Position numbers and translations under genes: made by a program
Shown: positions 11,431-25,456 of the stretch, piece after piece
Numbering within the stretch: the stretch's first letter is position 1
Layout: every line of letters starts with the position of its first letter
Assembly: GCF_006345805.1 (NCBI RefSeq)
Contig: NC_043005.1
Location: 102,672,001 to 102,736,000 of the forward strand
DNA length: 64,000 nt
DNA from: Octopus sinensis
Lineage: Eukaryota
Direction: 5' to 3'
The notes under the pieces: generated by a model
What the model was told of the DNA's origin: nothing
Database searches by the model: none
What the model saw: the letters and a program-made list of their open reading frames with translations, nothing else

Positions 11431-14098
11431 ATATACCATATTACTAGGTAAAATCTATAGAATATTTTATATTGTATATTTTGAATATTGAATATTTTAT
11501 ATTGTATATTTTATATTGTAGAGAACAAATTTGTGATGCTAATTTTTCAAAGACTATCTGTGTGCAAGATTACAAGATTTAGTGTAGATTCCTCTAAAGT
11601 GGTGACTTTCAGGAGGTTTGTTTTTGTCTTAGGAGGGTCATTGCACCAATAAAAAATAACACATGCACTGGTTCGATACACTCCTGTATTGTTAGTCTCT
11701 TGCTTAAATATATAACCAACTGTCTAATCGATCGTTCGTTTAATGTTCTGCGTAAACAATCGTTTGTTTGATTGTCAAAGTCCTTTCGTTACCTTATTAA
11801 TGACCTTTTAAAGGACTGCCTTCCGACTGTCCGTGAATTAGCCAAATGCCTACACGTATTTGCTGAGAAGGTAAAATTGAGAGTAAACGAGGATTTTCTG
11901 TGTATATGTGTGTGTATGAGTGTGCGTGTGTGAGTGTACACTCGTACTGTATGACTCTGTGTGTGAATGTGTGTGTGTGTGTGTGAATGTGTGTACATTA
12001 GGCATCCACGATCTCTTTAAGTGTTCGGCCTTTCCATTAAGGTCAGTTCTGTCACAGATCTGCTGTCATAGCGTAAGATTTACGGACGTAGTTCGTCATG
12101 CGGGTGGATTAGGGATAAGAGTAGCGAAGAACATAGTAGGCGTGTATGTGTGCAGGTGGACATTGTAGGTGTGCATTTGAACCTCCGCGCATGGTGTGTG
12201 TAGGTCTGTGCGCACACGCAAAAGTGGTCTAGAGTGCGTGTTTCTATGATTCAGCCAGTTATGACAATGATTTATGTGCTCGTATGTGTGTGCGTGTGTG
12301 TGTGGGTGTGTGAATTAGTGAGTATTTTCGTTCCAGTATGTGTGTGTGGGGGGGTGTGTGTGCATGCGGTGTGGTGGGCTATTTGAATAGGTAAGCATCT
12401 CTGTGTATGTCTACGTGTGTGCATTTTTATGCGTGTATGTATGGTGTATGTATGTGTGTGTTTCTGTATATATGTATTTGTGCTCCTATGCATCTGTATG
12501 TGTCTGTACAGGTGTACGCGTGTACGGGCGGTGTGTGCGTGCGTGGTTATGTGTATAGTTCTACTTTCGTATGTGTCTTTGTGTGTGCTTACGAGTACCT
12601 GTGTGGACATTAACGCCCGCTCGTGCGTAAAAAATATGTATAGTCGTATATTGGAATTATCCATAATTACACCAATTTATTTTTTGGGGATTTCCCCGTA
12701 TCCTGTTGTCATTCTAATCCTGCCCTATCTGTACCTACCTCTACCTGCGGGCCGTGCTCGTGCGCCTATGGGTGGATGTGTCTACTCGTGTATTGCAGTT
12801 GTGCATATATTACGTGTATTTATTTGAATGGATTTCTATTGTTCTAATCCTGCTCTATATACCTTTGCTTTTACCGTCACACACATGCCCAATTACCCAC
12901 ACGGACTCAACCCTCTATATCTGCATTGTGTCGTTGATAACAGTGGCATTGTAGGTCTAATAAATACTATATATACTTTCCGTTCGGTATTGGTATTGCA
13001 TCCCCCTAAACACACAAACACATACAAGAAGAACTACACTCGTAAATCCTAGCGGAATGACAAGCAAATTCCAGGAGATCTGAAACCAGACTAAACTTAA
13101 ACAAATGGTCAAACCGTTAAAGAGATCACTGATGGCTAAAGTACATACAAAACTACAGACACACATACAAGCAGTCGCACACGCGTGTGCACACGCACAT
13201 ACACACACGGAAACATACCCCCACAGAGACTCTTTGTTTGCTCTCACCCTTCCCTTCTCCTGTAAGCAAACACATATCACCGTACACACATACATGTATA
13301 TATACAGGGTCACAACACTAATTCTAAGACTGACTCAGTGCAGATCTTGACGAGAGGTGACAGATAAACAATCATCTGATTGTTTAACCAGTACATGAAG
13401 CAGACGACCGAATAGTTACGTGGTTATATATTTAACCAATTGACTAACAATAAAGAAGTGATATCGAACAAATTGGCGTGTTTATTATTAGCCGATGGCC
13501 CTCTCAAAACACTGGAAGGTTTCTTTCAACACAAATTCACATGAGTCTTGCAAATGAAATGTAAAAGTGAAGTATGCGAACACTAATTTATTAATAATTA
13601 TCTGATGAAGAAAATTCTTATGTTACAGCAAGTAAAGAAGACAATTTTGGACAGAATTCGATCATATCAAGTCAGTTTCCTCTTCAATAAAGTCTATGCT
13701 TTGTTCTATATATTAATTCAACAGACAGCGATATGGTCTACATACCTGGATAAGATCTTAGTTATATCGTATCAGAAAAAAAGATACCGGATAGTCATCA
13801 CAAAAATCATTTGATCGCATATCAGATAGAGCAGATTATAAACGACATCCAACCGTCTGAAAGTGTGTCTGTTTTTTAAGCATAATTTAGTAAGAACTTG
13901 TTTTGGTCTTGAAATGCAAATGAATTTACTAGACAATGGTGTTTGAGACATATTACTACAGATATTAGATTAATTCTGATAGTTTCAATGCTTCAGAACA
14001 TTTTATATAATTTCGTTTCCTTTAACTTTAAATCATTGATATATATTTCATAAATCGATGAGGATCAAAGCCGAAGATTATAAAACTTTACCTATATA

Positions 14099-14264
14099 GG
14101 CGCAGGAGTGGCTGTGTGGTAAGTAGCTTGCTTACCAACCACATTGTTCCGGGATTTATTCCCACTGCGTGGCACCTTGGGCAAGTGTCTCCTGCTATAG
14201 CCTCGGGCCGACCAAAGCCTTGTGAGTGGATTTGGTAGACGGAAACTGAAAGAAGCCCGTCGTA

Positions 14265-14323
<59 letters not shown>

Positions 14324-14526
14324 TTCTGTTTTTCTCCCCCAACATCGCTTGACAACCGATGCTGGTGTGTTTATGCCCCTGTAACTTAGCGGTTCGGCAA
14401 AAGAGACCGATAGAATATGTACTAGGCTTACAATGAATAAGTCCTGGAGTCGATTTTCTCGACTAAAAGCGGTGCTCCAGCATGGCCGCAGTCAAATGAC
14501 AGAAACAAGTAAAAGAGTAAAGAGTA
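14099..14526 (+). mobile_element. tRNA-derived SINE, family A (complete)
   Basis: GGCGCAGGAGTGGCTGTGTGGTAAG head, CCTTGGGCAAGTG (CORE-like start), internal (TA)n(TG)n, tail ending AAGAGTAAAGAGTA. Confidence 0.92.
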
Positions 14527-17211
14527 TATATGAATTTCTTTGATAAAAGACTTAATACTTCCTTTGTCTTAACATCCCCTCCAATTCGTTCGGTGTTTTT
14601 TACAGAATCCATTCTGTCACTAGTATTCTCCTCGAGTCTGAGACCTAATAATAGCTCAGTATTTTTATACTCTGCTTCCTACAACAGCAAGCCATGAATC
14701 ATGGATTTTCTGTCTTTTTATCCACCAATTCCCGACATCCCGCAGAGGAGGACATGAGAATTTCGCCTCCGCCTTTCAATACGCATCAAAACCAATTTAA
14801 ATTGATTTCAATTTTTGGCACAGGACCAGAAAGCTCATTGTAATTAAAATAGTATTCTAATTCAACAGGAAACCATTGTGAAAGATGTCTCCGAAGTAGC
14901 TTTTTCTTGGTGGGTAATAAAAGTAGAAATGTAATGAAATGCAATTTAGGCGTATATTTAAATCACATTAGGTTCACGTTTTGTTCAAAATTATTAAAGC
15001 ACGAACAAAAATATGGATTTTAGATATGACCGAAAATTAAAACTTTGACTATGAACTACTTCAACTGAATCGATTACCAATACTATTCTGGAAATCATTG
15101 CAACCTCTTGAAATGGATAACTGGCCAATATGGAACCTAGTTTGGAGATTTCAAGTCAAAATTTAGAGAGATGAAGATGAATGCTGAAAGATATTTAGAT
15201 TGATGATCTCTTGTTGTCTCGTTGTCTGTCACAATTTCTTGAATCAGCACTGAATGGAGGAGAAACATGACTAAAGGTGTTTCAACAGTGATAACACCAT
15301 CTTTGCCTGCGACGAAGAATCATCTATGCAATATCATTCTATTTCTAACCTTAGTAGATTGTGATTTGTGTGATTGGGTTGTTGTTTTCTGCAAGAAAAT
15401 GACCAGGTCACGTTTAATCAACATTCTTAACCCCATTCTAAAATGATCAAGTAAAAAAATGCAATATTGAATTTTAAGCAGCAGTTAAGAAGTGTTCATC
15501 ATTTCTAGATCGGAAACAGAAATCTGTGTTATTCTTAATAGTTCAGAAAAGTTCGGGGTCAAGTAGTGCCTTTCTAGGATTGAAACACATTCCATCATCG
15601 GTTTCTTTGAAGTTCATCTCTTGCTGAATTCATTTATCAAAAGTCATAAATCTTAAATTAAATACGTTTAAGAATTAAGGTTATGTGCATTGATACTTCA
15701 ATATATTTACTTACTTGTTTAGAAGTTGATGGAATATTCTAAATGCGTGATAGGAAATTGTGAATGTAAAGTTCTCTAACGACTTTTGCTGCGATAAAAA
15801 AGAAAAATCTCAAGAAAAAATAACATACATGAAAATATAGTTCATTGCTGTAAGCAACAGATTTCTGTTATAGAAGAATAAATGTGATTTTTCGAGGAAT
15901 GTTGGGAAGGAGTGAACATTCTCCGCCCAGAACTATGGAAATCTCACGAACTCTATAGAAATATGCTCATATTAATTTCATTTCATAAAGAAATTATTAT
16001 ATTGGCAATTGAATATTCTTCTAAAAGGTCATTGATTATTGGTACTAGATGGATAGGAGACGATGCTAATATATGAAAATGTTAACGTGATTAACGGAAA
16101 TTTATTAAAATAGGGTGTGTGTATGTGTATGTGTCTATGTGTCTATGTGTCTATGTGTGATGCAGTGTATAGGCTATGAATTAAATAAAACTAATATATT
16201 ATCGGTGAAAGTTCAAATCAATGCTCTTATTTTATTCGCCAATTCAAGCATCTACCTTAAATAGTAATTAAGTTAGCATTTACTAAACAGTTACAAGAAA
16301 TTTAAAGATACTACATGTTTGTTTCTTTTTCAAATAAATTATATTTTCCCATCACTCTGAGTGAGTTTTGTACAATAATTCTGAAATATTCTAGTTTCCT
16401 CACCTCGCAGTCACCGATATGAAAAAAATGTATCTGGGAAATCTTAAATCAGCTGCAACAATTACAATGGCGGCTTGTCGTTTCCGTTTCATTTATGAAA
16501 GCTGTGAATGCATTACAAATGCATTCATTATAAAAGGAAATGAGTTTTGAAAAGTTGTTCCCATTTTTTGTCAGCTTCAATGCAATATTTATAACACATC
16601 ACAAAAATTTGCTTCCCTGATATGATTAAAATATTATTTAGTAGTTGTTTTGCCTCTGAAGCAGTTTAAATTTCTAATGATACAATAAAAGGTTAGTTAA
16701 AATCCTTTGTTGTGTTGGAAACATGCTACACAGAGAAGTGTTTATTCTGAATATTTAATAACGACCACAAAATTACTATAAAAAGGAAGATCTTCGAAAA
16801 CACATTGTTTTTTTTTTTTACTTTGTTATGAATCAACGGAAATCTAAGGAATATTTCCTAAACAACACTTTTAGTGTATAATTAATAACTTACAACAAGT
16901 GTTTCTATCTTCATCTGGACTGCTAAGAAAGAACATTGATTTAGCATAATGATCCATCTTCCGTCAAATTTTACAGAGAATACATCGAATTTATGTTATA
17001 ATAATATTCACTGACATAAACAACTCGCAATAGGTTAACAAATCTAGAGTCATATATTTAAATGTAACATTTATCGCTACCGAGTTTATTCATAGTTAAT
17101 AGGGTGTATAACCTGGCATTGTTCATAAACTATGAAATATATATATATATATATATATTTATGTGTGTGTGTGTGTGAATGTGTACACATATATATATAT
17201 ATATGTATATA

Positions 17212-17254
<43 letters not shown>

Positions 17255-17365
17255 GTATATATGTATATAATATGTATATGTGTGTGTGTTGAGCAGGTGT
17301 ATATATAATGGTCGATAAAATGCTGCCACAAACCTAGTACAGATAATCATCAAGTAGTGTTGCAA

Positions 17366-17650
17366 GAGATAAATTAAGTACCAGTTACGCACTGGGGTCA
17401 ATATAACCGACTTAATCCGTAAGTCTGTCCTTGTTTGTCTCCTCTGTGTTTAGCCCCTGGTGTGTAGTAGAGAAATAGGTATTTCGTCTGCCGCTACGTT
17501 CTGATTTCAAATTCCACCGAGGTCAATTTTGTCTTTCGTCCTTTCGGTGTCGATGAAATAAGTACCAGTTACACAATGGAGTCAATATAATCGACTAGCC
17601 CCCTTCTCCCTAAAATTTGCAAGGCCTTGTGCCTACAGCAGAAATAATAA
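17366..17650 (+). mobile_element. SINE family D, head-less tandem dimer
   Basis: AAGTACCAGTTAC repeats at 17376 and 17560 (184-bp period). Junction GTAGTAGAGAAATAGGTATTTCGTCTG. Confidence 0.8.
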
Positions 17651-18419
17651 GGTGCTCTTCATGATGTAAAAAAATTGTGATGTTCGTCTATAAAGATCTG
17701 AATAAGTCATCCGAGAAATGGCAATTGAAATGATGGCGGCAGAGAGATTAACCCTGTGTGTCATTGGTTATCATAGAAGTGATGCTACCATATAGCGAAA
17801 ACTAAAAATTTTTTAAAATTCAGTTTATACATTTGTTTTGAAGGATTCTTGATGTGAAATCGCGTGTTGAAACAGATATTGTCATATTTCGGAATGTTCT
17901 TTTCTTGCCAGATGAAAGCACACACTGTGTCTTCATTCTTCACTTCGTCGTTTTCTCTTATGGAGAATTTCTATCATCAGCACATCTCCCACCCTTTGAC
18001 CAGGGGTAAGATCCTGAAACATTCAATATCACTTGTGGTGATAATCTGACGTTAAAATATTTTCCATATATACATACATACATACATATATATATACATA
18101 TATATATATATTTGCATTATCCTCAGTAATGTTAGTCCCTACATTATACCTGGACAGGTAAAACGAGGTTAATTAATGTTTTAGAAACCGAAGCACTGAG
18201 CAAACTGCTACACTGCCGTACGATATTCCAGAAATAACAGTCGAAATTTCCTGAAAGACTTCAAAAAGTTTTAAATACGAAAAAAACCACATTTTTTGTT
18301 CAACGTTTTATTGAGATGGTTTATATCATTGATTTACTTTCAGCTGGTCGATCGAGGGTTTTAAAAGAAGAAGTAAAAATATAACAACTTTAAAATTAAT
18401 CATATTTTAACAATGGATA

Positions 18420-18816
18420 TCTATATATATAAAAGTGAGGTTGTGTGTTGTCTGTCTCCTACGATTTAGATTCCTAACTACACCCACATTTTGCGGTGCA
18501 GTTTAACCAAAACCGGGTATCTTATAGACGTGATTCATATCGAGCCCTTCTGGGTATTAGCGCGCGTCTACGATGAGTCTACGATAAAAAAAAATTACCA
18601 TCAATTTTTCCCATTTGTAATGCATTTTTTTCGCTATTATATAAGAAAAGTAACTCTCTAAAATGGCTACGATGAGTCAACGATTAAAAAAAAAGTTACC
18701 ATAATTTTTTTCCATTTTTATTGCATTTTATTGCTATTTTTTGTCTATAACTCTCTAAAAATGCTTATATAGTTATTTCCCTTACAAACCCGAGCAACGC
18801 CGGGCGATACTGCTAG
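18420..18816 (+). mobile_element. Non-autonomous Helitron
   Basis: A|TC 5' end (TCTATATATATAAAAGTG), subterminal hairpin CCCG-AGCAACGC-CGGG (18789-18804), CTAG|T 3' end, no TSD. Internal ~100-bp duplication beginning CTACGATGAGTC. Homologous copies near 49051 and 50306. Confidence 0.85.
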
Positions 18817-19877
18817 TTAGAAATAAATTAACATATATTCTTCACAAAATAGTCATTCTGCAGTGAAAAAAAAACGAAATAAAACGCATTAACACATCGA
18901 CTTTTCAGTAAAGTTTCACAAATATATGTTTCATAGAATATTGGGATTTAATGAATGGTATCGAGACATTTTGCCTGTTTTTATATAAAATATGTATTAA
19001 TAGATTATTGTCCTACCCAGAAGTCCGACTTACCATAGCAACATTACTTGTTTGCTTGTAGGAAATGAAGAACTACCAAACTACAATGTACAAGGAATTA
19101 TTAAATGAAATATATATTTTATTTACGAGTAATAATTCTGAAATCTTCTGAAGTTTTGCAAAATATATATATATATATATTTAGATAGATAGATATAAAT
19201 ATATAGCTTAGGGGGATAAAGAACAGACAGAAAGATTTGTATGTAAGTATGCAAGTTAGGATTTACTTCATGATATAGTAAGTAAAATTTATTTTCTAGC
19301 CGAATAAATCTTGCCTTAAGTCAAAATAGTTTCAGAGGGAAATAATACGTCGTTCGGAATTCCGTGAGAAAATGAGAAAACTATTAGATAAAATCTAGAG
19401 ATATACTATAAGACATGATTACCTAAGATATTTATCATTGAATAACGATTGTAGTTTTCATAGATTTTTACAATTTTTATTTTCTTAATATTTCAAGAAT
19501 AGATTCTTAAGAGAGAAAATAATTTCCATGAAGTTAAAACCATCAACGCCCAAACAATCGAAGTATTTATATAAAGCCTCGTTTCATTAGGATTATTTGT
19601 TTCGTAAAATTCCACATTTTTAAGAGGTTTAGCTAAAACAATAGTAAATCGTGAAAACAAGAAAATAAGTAAATATCACAAATAAGACTCAAATGCGTAC
19701 ACAAAATCCCATACAGATGTCTGCAAATATAGCCACATATATACATTTAAATGGGAAGTAAACTTTCAAGCAATTATGAGGCATTATTTTGTTTATATCT
19801 TACTATTTTAATAGTACTCATCCACATATCCACAGACACGTGTGTGTGTCTGTCTATTTTTAGAGATGTAAAGTATA

Positions 19878-19908
<31 letters not shown>

Positions 19909-19947
19909 GTATCTATCTATCTATCTATCTATATATATATATATATG

Positions 19948-20245
19948 TAAATGGAATTGAACGCAGATGTTATTCAAATTCTTTTACTTTCGACATACGT
20001 TTCGAAGACAACATTGGTTTTATGCAAAGGAATATACGGTGTAAAATTCAATCCTCTCATCCAAAATTGTTATAATGTCTTGTTGTCTAGATAGGCTTTC
20101 TTTCTTTCCTGATGAGAAATATTTTCGGCATATTTGGCATTAGAATTTTTTCTTTTGCCCTTGTTTATAAATTTAACCTTTAAAGGTATATTTTAATATG
20201 CTGGCCATTGATAAATTTTTTTTCGAATCAATTTTATCCTATATT

Positions 20246-20292
<47 letters not shown>

Positions 20293-20629
20293 GGTGTATG
20301 TAGGCGGGTGTATGTGTGTGCTTGTATGTGTGTGTATATTTGTGTTTGTATAAATAATGCATATAAATATGTTGTGAATGACATAATTACCTTTAAAGGT
20401 TAAATTTATAAACAAGGGCAAAAGAAAAAATTCTAATGCCAAATATGCCGAAAATATTTCTCATCGGGAAAGAAAGAGAGCCTATCTGAATGACAAGACA
20501 TTATAACAATTTTGGATGAGAGGATTGCATTTTACACCGTTTATTCCTTTGGAATAAAACCAATGTTATCGTCGAAACATATGTCGAAAGTAAAAGAATT
20601 TGAATAGCATCTGCATTCAATTCCATTTA
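19948..20629. repeat. Long inverted repeat (foldback), ~241-bp arms with a 199-bp spacer
   Basis: 19948-20188 is the reverse complement of 20388-20629, with roughly 15 differences by manual alignment. Spacer is mostly (AT)n and (TG)n. Confidence 0.92.
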
Positions 20630-22815
20630 TTTACACACACATATATATATATATATATATAATATATATATATATATTATATATATATATATACACAATG
20701 TACCTTTTATTTATAGAAAGAAAACTAAAATCCAGCGTCAATTATTAGAGACTTTCGAAAGATGATATTCAAGAAGAAATTCATCAAAGATATGATTTTG
20801 CACTTTACACGGGGAAAATTGTACATTTCTCGTAGTTCAGATATACTGGAGAAAAGTGTTTATGCACTTTATATTACAACAGCAAAGTATAACAAACACA
20901 ATGCAGATTTGATTAATGTATATAGATATGACAAGTACATACAGTTCGACTTCGACTTTTATATGCGAGTAAATGTGCATATACTAATGATATGTATCTA
21001 AGTCAGGTAAAGAAGCGGTATGTACTGTGACGACGCCAAACATTTGCAATGAATTAGAAACTGAATCTGAAATGAAGAAGAAAGAAACAAATTGAATTTC
21101 TCAGTTATTATGAGAGCATTTCAAAGGTTAGATGAAACAGTGGGAAGAAAATAAAATTGAACTTTCATGCTTACCAAATTCCTTACAGACCAAAATCCTT
21201 TGTAAGTCATTTTTTACTTTTAAACTAAACAGATATGATCGCTGAAAACAGTGAGAAATGCCTGCCTCTATACAAACCAAAACATGTCTATTTGTATCAC
21301 GTCGTTATCAACCATGAAATCTTTTGCTTCATCTTAAACATTAAATTTCAAAAGAAGGGGTTAGAAATAATTTAATATAATTGCATTAGTTTGCTGCTTT
21401 GAAAGTATACGATCAGCCATTAGAATCGGAGTGTCAAGCTCAGAAATATTTCGTCATTATTAAACTTCATCAGCAGATTATGATAATCACAGCTCCAAAA
21501 TGTCAGGGAGCCTTGAATTTACAAGTAGGAAAATAATTATGAAGACTTTTGTAATTATTCATATAAAAGAAATATCTAGAAAATGCTTGTTACTTTTTCT
21601 GTCATTTGACAATCTCACTCTCTTCATCTCGTTAACTTGAGACGATGCTGCTCCGCTAGCGTGATTTAAAAACATCAGAACATGCTGTCTGTGCACTTAT
21701 ATTTTATGAATTATATATGCATGTAAGCATGTGGTCATATGCTAGTGCGTGTGATAAGGTCAAATGCGGTATCGTTTCCAAGAGAGTAATTGATATTAAT
21801 GTAACGCCAAAATAGTAGACTGGCGATGAAACTAATGAGGTCAATAACTACGGAGGTCAATGCGAACAAATATAGGCCTTGCAAGAGGCAATTGCTAATG
21901 TCCACGCAGTTCAATGACAACAATCTTAAAATGATACGAGAACAACCATATGGATGTCTTAAAGAGAGACAGAGGAGGGAGGTAGGAGAGGGGGAGGGGT
22001 TAGAGAGAGGAGGAGAGGGGGAGAGAGAGTGAACCTAATGCTGTACGAAGAGAATTTTCGATCACACACTCATATTTCCTTACCACGTATCGTAATTTCT
22101 TCATATTTTGGTTCATGTATCTTTTATTTTGTGCACTTAATCTTAAACTACAAAATTACAAATAAACGGATGATAAATTATTCCTGATGCTACTGCTGTT
22201 TTTTTTTTTTTGCAGCTCGGCTTTTCAGTCCAGTTCTAGATAAATAGAAAATTGTATTTTCTGTTTTTAAATTTCAGTGCAAGAAATTTTTGCTGTAAGC
22301 ATTTTCTTAATACACAATTCGAAATCATATTTGCGTTTTCTTTTATGAAACGTTATTATTCTGAGTACTCTTATCAATATTTTTGGCGGGGAACCAGTAT
22401 AACTAATCTCATATAATTTTTCTATTTTGAATTGAATACGGTATTTATGACCAGCATTGTGCTTTGTCTTGTATCTACTTTGCATTATAAAAATGAAATT
22501 AGAAATAGCTCATAAGGTATCGATTTCAAAAAACGCCTTTGTGTTTTCTTTTTCCATTGCACCTGTTGTAAAATATTTAAAAATACACAAAAATGCTCTA
22601 ATGAAAGAAATAAAATGGAATATGTCTTAATTGGAATCCTTCAAATTTCTTAAAATTATTCAGATTACCTAAAGTAATTTTTCTGTATCAAAATAAAAGC
22701 GTTACAAAATAAAATATGTAAAATAAGGCCAGGCGAAGGAAAGCAAATGCATTGAAATTATTGTAACAATGAGCACAAAACAATTTATATATATATATAT
22801 ATACATACATACATG

Positions 22816-22860
<45 letters not shown>

Positions 22861-22955
22861 CATATACATATGTATATATATACATATATATATATACATA
22901 TATATTATATATATATATACATATGTACATATATATATATATATATACGTACATA

Positions 22956-22997
<42 letters not shown>

Positions 22998-23327
22998 TGT
23001 ATGTATATATGTATTGACGTTGTTTATGCGGAGAGGGTACGTTCTCATTATATTAAGGACATTTGTCATAATAGTGTGAATTATTTATTTACACTACCCA
23101 TTCTTGCCGTGATGTATGTGTAAAGTATCGAGCATTTTAGGTCTCGCGGCTATGATTCGAAATCTAATTCTAATCAGGTTTCAATTAAGTATGTGGAACA
23201 TTTTCTGAATAATAAATTCTTCATTCATATTTCATATGAATAGCTATGTACGGATAATTTTATACTTGTAATTCTAAATATATATTTAGATACTTACATG
23301 TATACATACATACATACATACATATAT

Positions 23328-23412
<85 letters not shown>

Positions 23413-23443
23413 ATGTATATATATAATATATATATATATATAT

Positions 23444-23923
23444 CCGACGAAGAGCTCCGCTCGAAACGTTAAACCCTCCTTCTTCCCTTCTTTCCTGAGC
23501 GTCCAATTAAAAAAAAGACTCCGCCGGTTACGACGACGAGGGTCCCAGCTGATACGATCAACGGAACAGCTTGCTCGTGAAATTAACGTGCAAATGGCTG
23601 AGCATTCCACAGACACGTGTACCCTTAACGTAGTTCTCGGGGATAATCAGCGTGACACAGAGAGTGACAAGGCTGACCCTTTGAAATACAAGTACAACTC
23701 ATTTTTGCCAGCTGAGTGGACTGGAGCAACGTGAAATAAAGTGTCTTGCTCATGGACACAACGCGTCGCCGGGAATCGAACTCACAATCTTACGATCATG
23801 AACCGAATGCCCTAACCACTAAGCCACGCGCCCTCACTGAGCGTCCAATAATACTTTATTTGTTCTACGTCCTCGCGTTGCTGTGTTTTTTTTTTGTTTT
23901 TTTTTTGTGTTTTCTTGTTGGAT

Positions 23924-23927
<4 letters not shown>
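23444..23927 (+). mobile_element. Penelope-like terminal-repeat fragment with degenerate hammerhead, interrupted by a SINE
   Basis: CCGACGA-A-GAGC-TCC-GCTC-GAAAC-GTT at 23444-23470, followed by a pyrimidine/T-rich tail. Split by the SINE at 23508-23837. PLE assignment inferred from the hammerhead-like motif. Confidence 0.55.
23508..23837 (-). mobile_element. tRNA-derived CORE-type SINE, family C, with TSD
   Basis: Minus strand GTGAGGGCGCGTGGCTTAGTGG...GAGTTCGATTCC, then GTGTCCATGAGCAAGACACTTTATTTCACGTTGCTCCAGTCCACTCAGCTGG (CORE-like). 12-bp TSD TGAGCGTCCAAT at 23496-23507 and 23838-23849. Confidence 0.88.
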
Positions 23928-23986
<59 letters not shown>

Positions 23987-24753
23987 AGAAAGAGAAAGAT
24001 ACCTATATAATACATACATATATATATATATATATCGATAGATATAGACACACATAAACACATGTATGCTTAAAAAATCTACACATACTTACAAACATTT
24101 ACACATACACAGACACGTGCGCATATATATATGATGTATGAGTTTAAGAAAATTCCCATGTTAAAAGACAAATAGTGATCGTAACAAATACAAGCAAAAA
24201 TATTTAACATTAGCCTATAATTGGAAGCGGAGAACTAGGACAACGATAATTTAAAAGCACTATGTACACCTTAGCTGCAATGATATGACAATTCAATAAA
24301 GAAATTATGAGCGACAATCACTAGAATTTAATTAGTAAAAGCAATCCGATACAAGATAAGCTATATTACTGTGAAGACTTGATATCATCAAGACAATATT
24401 TTATTGGAAGTATATTTAACGCGGCTAGAAAGATTATTTTGTACAATTTGATGTCATCGCGTTTAATGAACTCACTAGTTTCTGTCACCTATACGCTGCA
24501 AAGAAATAATTCCAGAGAGGCTACAGAAATAGAACTTGGTAATTTGGAACGCTGTGATTGTTAAAGGTAAAGTTAATTAGCAAATTTAACTATATTTACC
24601 GAATTATTCGCAATCCAATATCAGAGGAGAGACTCATATCTTTCCATCATCACAATACAACGACACCTTACCGAATAAAACTCAATTCAGGTAAATTCAT
24701 GCATATACACCACACTCGCAATCTCTCTCGCTCTCTCTCTCTCTCTCTGTCTG

Positions 24754-24793
<40 letters not shown>

Positions 24794-24837
24794 ATATATA
24801 TATTTATATATATATATATTTATATATATATAATATA

Positions 24838-24959
<122 letters not shown>

Positions 24960-25214
24960 CATAGATGTATGAATACATATATATAAACACATGCATACAT
25001 ACATGCCTATATATTATAATATCTATGCATTTTCTGGATTCTAAAGAAGCAGGTACTTAATTAGTAAAAGCAGCAAGGCAGAGTTGGGAATAGCGCACCT
25101 GTGTATGGACAATGAATACTGACATATACATACTTAGTAAAGTAAATATAGATTTGTCCTTCCAGTTATGTATATATTCACACACACAAACACACACGAA
25201 TGCATATATATATA

Positions 25215-25411
25215 TCCCACCCTGTTGCACCACAGTTTTTCTCTCCGTTTTTCTTTCTTTCGTCATCTCCATTTTCCCCTCGTATTCCTTTCTATCGAGG
25301 AGCGTTTGCTCGAAACGTAAAAACACTGTTCTATTTTTCCTGAGCATGAAACTAATACACTAGTTTTTGCCTACGTTTGACTCGTCTTTTATTTTTTTAG
25401 CAAAATATGAC

Positions 25412-25412
<1 letters not shown>
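25215..25412 (+). mobile_element. Penelope-like terminal-repeat fragment with degenerate hammerhead
   Basis: CTATCGA-G-GAGC-GTTT-GCTC-GAAAC-GTA (25292-25319), then TTCCTGAGC, paralleling the 23444 fragment. Confidence 0.45.

Positions 25413-25456
<44 letters not shown>

Noticed and set aside
17749-18050. TTAACCC end with nearby Cys/basic peptide, suggesting a piggyBac 3' relic
   Set aside because: No partner TIR, and the peptide similarity is too weak.
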